Assembly: GCA_937899245.1 (NCBI GenBank)
Contig: CALDKB010000054.1
Coordinates: 24,674-88,673 of the forward strand
Length of the DNA stretch: 64,000 nt
Source: an uncultured Bacteroidales bacterium
Lineage (GTDB): Bacteria; Bacteroidota; Bacteroidia; Bacteroidales; ML635J-15
Direction of reading: 5' to 3'
The position numbers and the translations under genes are program-made. Under the pieces are notes generated by a model. It made no database searches. It saw nothing but the letters and a program-made list of their open reading frames with translations, and had not been told where the DNA came from. The first letter of the stretch is position 1; the number at the start of each line of letters is the position of its first letter. This document shows positions 39,007-45,624 of the stretch, piece by piece.

Positions 39007-39030
39007 TTGGAGTGCCATTGGGCACTCCAA
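39007..39030 (-). other. perfect 10-bp GC-rich hairpin between the small and large genes of cassette B
   Basis: ttggagtgcc-attg-ggcactccaa. It starts 8 nt after the small-gene stop and ends 16 nt before the ATG of the large gene. Confidence 0.6.
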
Positions 39031-39037
39031 TAATTAT

Positions 39038-39461
39038 CTACTTTTTAAAGAAAGCTGTTGCATTATACTCAACACCTTTTACTTCTGAACTGGCTTTATG
39101 GTAATCATTAAGTTCTTCATCATATACAAGTCTTGCATTCTTATAATAAATAGTTGCATCATTGTATTGTAGTGTTCCTGTTGTCATGTTATGCGTCTCA
39201 AGGTTCTCTTTAATTACATCTTCAACATAGTTCCATTCAAAACCAACAGTTCCTACTTTGGGGCAAGGTTCATTTCCTGGATCAAGGCACTTTTGTTCGG
39301 TAAGAATTCCGTCCTTATAATGTTGTATTATTTTGTCATAAGTTACACATTTCTGTTTTTTATTCCATTTGCCACCAGACTAAACTACTGTTAAAGGAGG
39401 AATGCCAGCAGATGCTACAACGTACATTAAAAAGCACAATGAATAACAATATTTTCTTCAT
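39038..39461 (-). pseudogene. small secreted protein gene (cassette B) disrupted by a frameshift and an in-frame TAG
   Basis: My own translation:
- The ATG at 39461 gives MKKILLFIVLF, then runs out of frame.
- The next frame reads LMYVVASAGIPPLTVV-TAG(39380-39382)-SGGKWNKKQKCVTYDKIIQHYKDGILTEQKCLDPGNEPCPKVGTVGFEWNY...ATAFFKK, with the stop at 39038-39040.
- Removing one T from the T5 run (39429-39433) restores a clean signal peptide. Confidence 0.5.
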
Positions 39462-39487
39462 TTTATTAAATATATTTAATTATTAAT

Positions 39488-39742
39488 ATGGGATAATTTA
39501 TTTCACAACTGCAACCTATCCCACAGTCGGTTGCAATCATTGCTGTATCCACTACACTAGGGATACATTTTTCCGCATATTTTGCCCTCATATTTTATTA
39601 TAAAATTTATAATTTGTGAGGGCAAACCTATCCGCAATGAAAGGATACTTCATGTAAAATTGACCTATATATATTCATATATAAACTTTTCATATTGTCG
39701 CTTAATAAATTTATGCTACAAGTTTAAGCAAACAAATTGAAA
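39488..39742 (-). repeat. conserved promoter/leader element, copy B
   Basis: By manual alignment it is near-identical to 42064-42314 at an offset of 2573 nt, with about 5 mismatches across the ~240 nt core from 39501. Confidence 0.9.
39706..39713 (-). promoter_or_regulatory. candidate -7 box (TAAATTTA) with TTTG 19 nt upstream, copy B
   Basis: TTTG (39733-39736), 19 nt, then TAAATTTA. One mismatch to TAnnTTTG. An alternative exact TAGGTTTG lies at 39623-39630. Confidence 0.3.
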
Positions 39743-39788
39743 AAAGCAAAATTATTTTTAACAACCGGCAATTTTATCCATATACAAG

Positions 39789-39817
39789 CAACGGCCACTC
39801 AATTGCAGCCGTTGCAG
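39789..39817. other. conserved hairpin ending cassette A
   Basis: gcaacggcc-actcaatt-gcagccgttgc is homologous to 37247-37275. Confidence 0.5.
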
Positions 39818-39921
39818 TTTGTTATTTAGCAAAAACTCCCTAATAATTCGGAACTACAATCACATCGCCATAGTCGTCGAGAACGTACCTTGTGCGTTCG
39901 GTTCTCAAGTACATATTTTTT

Positions 39922-41616
39922 TTAATATATCTCCATCCGCAGTCCACAAGCATCAATCATGGTAGGTATTAAAGCGTCCTCAATATCTTGTGCATTATAC
40001 ACAGAGTCGAGTTCAACCTTGCCGCCCCTTACTATAGTCAGGCGCGGATTTACAAATGGTGAATTCATAGGAAACGAGGACACAATTGCTTCATCATCAA
40101 CGATAACATTATTAAACTTATCCAACCTCAGGTCATGGTCATTTAACTCATTGTCAATACGCGACTTGTAGCCTGTCAGAATAAGATACAAGGGCCTTTG
40201 TGATAAAATCTCCTGGTTTGCAGCTATTAATTCCAACACGGACATCCTACACGACACGCAACCTGCCTGGAAATACAATGTTACTATGCAATAGTCCGAT
40301 TCGTGATCAGGCACATTCCTATCAAAATAATTTATCAACGGATCTTGTCCATCAGTATAATACTGCGAAACTTTTTGTTCCTTATCGTTTCTAAAACCGT
40401 CAATCACGTAGCGCAAACTATCCACAGAAGTATTATGTCCAGACTTTTTTTGCTTTCGATACACATTTATGCGAATGGTATCCTGCGATACCGAACATGA
40501 GATTCGCCTACCATCGACCATTGACATAGAGACAAATGGCTTTACTGTTTCTCCAATATAATTGAAATCCCTATCGGCCATAACGACAGAGCAATACGTT
40601 TTTTCCATGCCGTTTAACCATATTGACGAATAATACATTCCATCAACCGAATCATAAACAATATTTCCATAACACGCAACCATGGCATCGGAAACATCAG
40701 TTTTATATTTTAGCGGAGGGATGGTATCAACCAGCTTTGACTTTAACGTATGTGGAATTAACTTGTCGTTTTTGTAATCCCACTCGAACACATCTGCCGA
40801 ATATGGGAACCTTATCACAGGCATACCATCAGGCGAAATGCAGAAATTGACATGATTGTGATGCCCGCCTTCCAGCACTGGATAATACATTTTATTCTTT
40901 AGGTACGGAAGTTTCTGCCTTGTGAAATAATACTTTTCGGTATTCAAATCATAATAGGCCAAGAACGGCTTCGAATTTTCAATCGAATCACAATTATTAT
41001 AGGAATATCGGCGAGGATAAAGAAAAACTATATTTCCGGCGCGTTTCATTTCACCGTCCAAAAAAGTATATGGCGGCAGCACGTCCGCTTCTGTCAGATC
41101 CAAACCATCGAAGTTTGACTTTTCGCAATTAAAATGATAGTGCTTTTTCACATTTCCCTCATAATCAACGAGCATAAATCTCAACGTGTCGCACGTAGCA
41201 TCATATGGCAGCTCCGTTACCTTGCATTCTCTATTGCTACAATTATGCACTTGCATATACGAATAATATGGTGCGTCATACAGAACCAATATGCTATCCT
41301 TGTTTATATACTCAAAAGTGCATAACGGCCGGTCAGCCAACAAGTTAATCTCATGATATGGTTCTTTCTTTTCAATATCGAAAAAAGTCAGCTTGTTGTT
41401 TTCCACGTATGCTATAAGCGTTTCAACACCATCTATGATGCAATACCGGAACTTGGGAATATATAATATTTTGTTCTGGATTATTGAATCATCAAGCGGA
41501 ATGTTTATGGTTCCTTCTTTATTAAAATCCCAATAGTACTCGTCGTTGCGACAACACGAACACAACATGCTAACTGAGAAAAGAAAAATTGCAGTTTTCA
41601 ACAAAAAATTACTCAT
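39922..41616 (-). CDS. hypothetical lipoprotein with a C-terminal thioredoxin-like CxxC domain (cassette A large protein)
   Basis: 564 aa with a lipobox-like SMLCSCC. The N-terminal ~430 aa is a beta-rich Tyr/Asp/Asn region, possibly propeller-like (inference only). The C-terminal ~130 aa fits a TlpA/thioredoxin pattern: IVTLYFQAGCVSC (nt 40249-40260) ...VIVDDEAIVSSFPMNSPFVNPRLTIVRGGKV. Confidence 0.6.
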   Translation of the reverse strand: MSNFLLKTAIFLFSVSMLCSCCRNDEYYWDFNKEGTINIPLDDSIIQNKILYIPKFRYCIIDGVETLIAYVENNKLTFFDIEKKEPYHEINLLADRPLCTFEYINKDSILVLYDAPYYSYMQVHNCSNRECKVTELPYDATCDTLRFMLVDYEGNVKKHYHFNCEKSNFDGLDLTEADVLPPYTFLDGEMKRAGNIVFLYPRRYSYNNCDSIENSKPFLAYYDLNTEKYYFTRQKLPYLKNKMYYPVLEGGHHNHVNFCISPDGMPVIRFPYSADVFEWDYKNDKLIPHTLKSKLVDTIPPLKYKTDVSDAMVACYGNIVYDSVDGMYYSSIWLNGMEKTYCSVVMADRDFNYIGETVKPFVSMSMVDGRRISCSVSQDTIRINVYRKQKKSGHNTSVDSLRYVIDGFRNDKEQKVSQYYTDGQDPLINYFDRNVPDHESDYCIVTLYFQAGCVSCRMSVLELIAANQEILSQRPLYLILTGYKSRIDNELNDHDLRLDKFNNVIVDDEAIVSSFPMNSPFVNPRLTIVRGGKVELDSVYNAQDIEDALIPTMIDACGLRMEIY

Positions 41617-41637
41617 AAAATAAACTATTAACGTTAC

Positions 41638-42033
41638 TTAATCCATAATGTGAACTTGCTGAACTGCAATTAAATTGCAATTTTTATCATAATACATCTT
41701 TGTGTAACAGTTACGCACTGATAAGTCCGTAAGGTTACACCAACTGCCAACGACAACGCCATCTTCATTTTTAATTTCATGCCATGTGCCCCAAAGCACC
41801 TCGTCTTCACATTTCTTTTTGCTTCTTAATGTAACTTCAAATAAGGTTTCGTTTTCATTGTTAGCGTTTCTGTATAAAGAGCCACAATTTCCATCTTCAT
41901 CACAATAATTAGAATCAACAAGAACCCACATGGGAGCGACAAATTTAGAGATTTTCCCATCTTCCTTTTCGCAAGAAGCGAATATACATACACTTGCCAT
42001 TAATACGGCTATAATTAAAACTAATTTGTTCAT
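41638..42033 (-). CDS. small Cys-rich lipoprotein (cassette A small protein)
   Basis: 131 aa. The signal plus lipobox reads LMASVCIFASC. The mature part carries six Cys. The stop lies 21 nt upstream of the large-gene ATG. Confidence 0.6.
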   Translation of the reverse strand: MNKLVLIIAVLMASVCIFASCEKEDGKISKFVAPMWVLVDSNYCDEDGNCGSLYRNANNENETLFEVTLRSKKKCEDEVLWGTWHEIKNEDGVVVGSWCNLTDLSVRNCYTKMYYDKNCNLIAVQQVHIMD

Positions 42034-42063
42034 TTCTGTAAATTTTATTTGTTGTTATTTTCT

Positions 42064-42314
42064 TGGGATTTTGTTTCACAACTGCAACCTATCCCACAGT
42101 CGGTTGCAATCATTGCTGTATCCACTACACTAGGGATACATTTTTCCGCATATTTTGCCCTCATATTTTATTATAAAATTTATAATTTGTGAGGGCAAAC
42201 CTATCCGCAATGAAAGGATACTTCATGTAAAATTGACCTATATATATTCATATACAAACTGCTCATATCGTCGCTTAATAAATTTATGCTACAAGTTTAA
42301 GCAAACAAATTGGA
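42064..42314 (-). repeat. conserved promoter/leader element, copy A
   Basis: See copy B. It contains four inverted repeats at 42083-42108, 42118-42139, 42154-42199 and 42202-42220. Confidence 0.9.
42279..42286 (-). promoter_or_regulatory. candidate -7 box (TAAATTTA) with TTTG 19 nt upstream, copy A
   Basis: TTTG (42306-42309), 19 nt, then TAAATTTA. An alternative exact TAGGTTTG lies at 42196-42203. Confidence 0.3.
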
Positions 42315-42487
42315 ACAAACAAGAGATTTTTTGCAAAAAATGCCATGCGGAAAATTTATGCGGCGTCATTTTATTGAGAGTCTACCGAGAAAAAAGTTTT
42401 AGTCAAAAAATACCATCAAATAACTGTTGCATTTTTTCGTATTTTAAATTCTTTGACTACCTTTGTCCTGCTTTTTTTCGACAGAAA

Positions 42488-43231
42488 ATGAACTTGTTTG
42501 TTACTATAGGCAAATATTTTTCACTGATGGGTTCTGTATTCTCGAAACCTGTCAGCAGGAAGATATTTTTCCGTCGTCTGGTCGCGGAAATCGAACAGAT
42601 AGGTATCGATTCGGTCGGTATTGTCTGCATTGTGTCGGTGTTCATGGGGGCGGTGCTAACTATCCAGATGGGTATAAATTTCGAGTCGCCGATTATTCCG
42701 AGGTATATTATTGGCCTTAGCACGCGCGACTCTATGATTCTTGAATTTTCCAGTACTATCGTCTGCTTGATTCTTTCTGGCCGTGTTGGCTCCAACATCG
42801 CCTCTGAAATTGGTACAATGCGTATCACCGAACAGATTGATGCCTTGGAAATTATGGGTGTGAACAGCGCCAATTATTTGATACTTCCAAAGATAATTGC
42901 TGCGTTTGTTACTTTCCCATTCCTAGCGTTGCTTAGTATTATCCTTGGTATCGTTGGCGGATGTTTCATCGCATTCACTTCTCCTGATATTGTTACTGTT
43001 GCCGATTATATCTACGGATTACACTATGCGTTTGTGCCGTTCTATGTTACTTATACAGTAATAAAAATTGCTGTTTTCGCAATCCTTATTACCTCGATAT
43101 CTGCCTTTTTCGGCTATTATACCGAAGGCGGTGCACTCGAAGTCGGCAAGAGCAGTACAAAGGCGGTTGTATATAGCATTATCGCCGTATTGTTGTTCAA
43201 CTTAATATTAACTCAGGTTTTGCTCACATGA
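42488..43231 (+). CDS. mlaE: MlaE-family ABC transporter permease
   Basis: 247 aa from MNLFVTIGKYF (atg at 42488). Contains EQIGIDSVGIV, RVGSNIASEIGTMRITEQIDALEIMGVN. The ORF-track start at 42155 reads through the leader repeat and is spurious. Confidence 0.85.
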   Translation: MNLFVTIGKYFSLMGSVFSKPVSRKIFFRRLVAEIEQIGIDSVGIVCIVSVFMGAVLTIQMGINFESPIIPRYIIGLSTRDSMILEFSSTIVCLILSGRVGSNIASEIGTMRITEQIDALEIMGVNSANYLILPKIIAAFVTFPFLALLSIILGIVGGCFIAFTSPDIVTVADYIYGLHYAFVPFYVTYTVIKIAVFAILITSISAFFGYYTEGGALEVGKSSTKAVVYSIIAVLLFNLILTQVLLT

Positions 43232-43989
43232 TAGAAGTTGTTGGTGTAAATAAGACCTTTGGCGACAAGCATGTCCTCAAGGACATAAATGCGACTTTTG
43301 AAGAGGGCAAGGTTAATATGATTATTGGCCGTAGCGGTTCCGGAAAAACTGTGCTGCTGAAAAATATCGTCGGTTTGCTGACTCCAGAAACCGGCGAAAT
43401 TTACTTCAACGGACGTGAATTCGTAAATGTTGACGAAAAAGGTAAGCGCGAAATAAGAAAGGAGATGGGGATGGTCTTCCAAGGCAGTGCTTTGTTTACA
43501 TCTTCTACCGTCGAGGAGAATGTTATGCTTCCTCTCGATTTGTTTACCAAGATGTCGAAGGCGGAAAAGCAGATACGAGTTGATTTTTGTCTTGACCGTG
43601 TAAATATAAAGAATTCAAACAAATCGTATCCTTCAGAGATTAGCGGCGGTATGCAGAAACGCGTGGCTATTGCCCGTGCAATAGCTTTGAATCCTCGCTA
43701 TTTGTTCTGCGATGAACCAAACTCAGGATTGGATCCCCAGACTTCCATCCTTATCGACCAGCTGATAAGGGAAATTACTTTGGAGTATGGCATTACTACT
43801 ATTGTTAATACTCACGATATGAACTCTATAATGGAGATCGGCGATAACATCTGCTTTATCTATCAGGGAAACAAATGGTGGCAAGGCACCAAGGATGATA
43901 TCTTTAAGGCGGATAATCAGGAATTGAATGATTTTGTTTTCGCTTCCAACTTGTACAAAAAGGTAAAATTGGTACACAACAATGAATAG
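43228..43989 (+). CDS. mlaF: MlaF-like ABC transporter ATP-binding protein
   Basis: Walker A GRSGSGKT, signature SGGMQKRVAIARA, Walker B YLFCDEP. A 4-nt overlap with mlaE. Confidence 0.85.
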   Translation: MIEVVGVNKTFGDKHVLKDINATFEEGKVNMIIGRSGSGKTVLLKNIVGLLTPETGEIYFNGREFVNVDEKGKREIRKEMGMVFQGSALFTSSTVEENVMLPLDLFTKMSKAEKQIRVDFCLDRVNIKNSNKSYPSEISGGMQKRVAIARAIALNPRYLFCDEPNSGLDPQTSILIDQLIREITLEYGITTIVNTHDMNSIMEIGDNICFIYQGNKWWQGTKDDIFKADNQELNDFVFASNLYKKVKLVHNNE

Positions 43990-44410
43990 GGTGTTGATAT
44001 TGCTATCGGTTGTTTTGCTTGCTGTTTTTGCCTCATGCAATCCTCCCGACAAACAGGAAAAACTCATAGGCGATGAACGTAGGCTTCCTGTGGAGACAAT
44101 GGAAAACATATTCTATGAAATGCATCTCGCCGATGCTATGGTTTCGCTGCATATGGTTCAGGTTACCGGTCATACCTCGCTGACGCAGTATCAGGTTGAC
44201 AGTCTGTTGTATGAGGGTATATATGAAAAATACGATTGCACCCGTGAAACATTTGAGGAGAGCGTATTGTGGTATTTGCAGAACGACAGCAAGGGATTGG
44301 AAAGCCTGTATGAAAAGGTTGTCGAAAGATTCAATTTGGAAATAGCGGCTTTTGAAATTAATGTCGTAGATTCGTTGGCGACAAAGGAGGAAGAGGAAAA
44401 TACATTATGA
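43982..44410 (+). CDS. DUF4296-like lipoprotein
   Basis: 142 aa with lipobox FASC. The FYEMHLADAM motif is typical of DUF4296. Overlaps both neighbouring genes. Confidence 0.55.
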   Translation: MNRVLILLSVVLLAVFASCNPPDKQEKLIGDERRLPVETMENIFYEMHLADAMVSLHMVQVTGHTSLTQYQVDSLLYEGIYEKYDCTRETFEESVLWYLQNDSKGLESLYEKVVERFNLEIAAFEINVVDSLATKEEEENTL

Positions 44411-44730
44411 GACATTTCGCAGCAAATTATGTCTTCGACGGGAAAAATTTCGTGCGCAATGCTTGTATTTCGTTCGATGCTAGTGGCAAGTTGCTGTCTG
44501 TCGGTGAAGAAAATTCCGGATTGGTCGAACGCGAACGGATGATATTCTATAATGGAATCCTATGCCCGTATTTTTCAAGACACTTGCCTGAAAATATTCC
44601 ATTAAAACCTTTTCTGGAATCGCTTGACTTGAATTTTAAAGATGCGGAACTTCCGGTTATCCTTCTTGAAAATGTCGATTTGATAACAATGTCTTTTACT
44701 GATGATTCTGTTGCAAGGGAGATTTTATAA
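44407..44730 (+). CDS. hypothetical protein (resembles an amidohydrolase N-terminal beta-sandwich)
   Basis: 107 aa. ATGA overlaps with the upstream gene and TAATG overlap with ybaK. The N-terminus reads MRHFAANYVFDGKNFVRNACISFDASGKLLSVGEE. Confidence 0.4.
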   Translation: MRHFAANYVFDGKNFVRNACISFDASGKLLSVGEENSGLVERERMIFYNGILCPYFSRHLPENIPLKPFLESLDLNFKDAELPVILLENVDLITMSFTDDSVAREIL

Positions 44731-45218
44731 TGGCAAAGATTGTTAAGACCAATGCTGCCCGTTTGCTAGACAGCATGAAAATAAAGTATGATTTAATTCC
44801 GTATGAAGTTTCGGAAGACGATTTGAGTGCAATTCATGTTGCTTCGCAACTTGGCGAGTCCATCGATGTTGTCTTTAAGACATTGGTGCTTCATGGGGAT
44901 CGCAACGGATATTTTGTGTGCGTAATTCCGGGCGACAAGGAGGTAGACTTGAAGAAAGCAGCAAAAATAACAGGCAATAAAAGTTGCAATCTTATACCGA
45001 TGAAGGAGCTTCTGCCATTGACTGGATATATTCGGGGCGGCTGTTCGCCGGTGGGCATGAAAAAAACTTTTCCCACATTCGTGCATTCAACCTGCCAGAA
45101 TTTCGACAAAATATATGTCAGTGCAGGAGTGCGCGGCTTGCAGCTGTGCATAAATCCCGACGACTTGTGCAAGGCCGTAGGGGCGAAGGTTGGTGATTTG
45201 GTTGCAATGGAGAGCTAG
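44730..45218 (+). CDS. ybaK: Cys-tRNA(Pro)/Cys-tRNA(Cys) deacylase
   Basis: 162 aa. Collinear with E. coli YbaK: KTNAARLLD, FKTLVL, DLKKAAK, TGYIRGGCSPVG, IYVSAGVRGLQ. Confidence 0.85.
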   Translation: MAKIVKTNAARLLDSMKIKYDLIPYEVSEDDLSAIHVASQLGESIDVVFKTLVLHGDRNGYFVCVIPGDKEVDLKKAAKITGNKSCNLIPMKELLPLTGYIRGGCSPVGMKKTFPTFVHSTCQNFDKIYVSAGVRGLQLCINPDDLCKAVGAKVGDLVAMES

Positions 45219-45520
45219 CGGTTCATTATTTTTTTGCCGATTATTATGGTAAGGACTATGCCCATTACCAAAACCACTACAGCAAGCCAATATATCTGAG
45301 TCAAGCCGACAAGCGAACTTGCCAGAAACGAAAGGGCAATCATCGAGATAATTTTTACAAACTTTTTGCGTACATATTCTTTCCTTGCGTTTTTGCTTTT
45401 TGGGAACGAATTCACACCCTTAAGCGAAATTATCGGATCGCCAGACAAGTATGCTATTCCGGCGTATACCAGCAGCGAAATGCCTAGTACTGCCATTATT
45501 ATTGAATATGCAGTTTCCAT
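45215..45520 (-). CDS. small membrane protein (3 predicted TM helices)
   Basis: 101 aa with hydrophobic segments AVLGISLLVYAGIAY, IISMIALSFLASSLVGL and LAVVVLVMGIVLTIII. Confidence 0.45.
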   Translation of the reverse strand: METAYSIIMAVLGISLLVYAGIAYLSGDPIISLKGVNSFPKSKNARKEYVRKKFVKIISMIALSFLASSLVGLTQIYWLAVVVLVMGIVLTIIIGKKIMNR

Positions 45521-45624
45521 AAATAAATTTTAATTGCAATTTTTACTTGTGTTCTGTTTAATTATGATGCGAATATATGGCAGAAAATTGACAGCGGCTT
45601 TCATTCGACAATAATATTGTTGAT

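Noticed and set aside
39380-39382. TAG read-through or stop-codon reassignment to rescue the cassette B small gene
   Set aside because: TAG is used as a normal terminator elsewhere in the window, for example at the umuC stop at 19974-19976. The same gene also needs a frameshift, so a pseudogene or sequencing error is the simpler explanation.
39488-42314. Possible CRISPR array or IS element suggested by the long direct repeat
   Set aside because: There are only two copies of ~250 nt, separated by 2.3 kb of genes. I saw no short regularly spaced repeats, no transposase or integrase ORF, and no terminal inverted repeats or target duplications.
42155-42487. 111-codon N-terminal extension of mlaE (ORF track 42155..43231)
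   Set aside because: It translates the plus strand of the conserved leader repeat and AT-rich spacer. MlaE homologs are about 250 aa, and the conserved sequence begins at the ATG at 42488.
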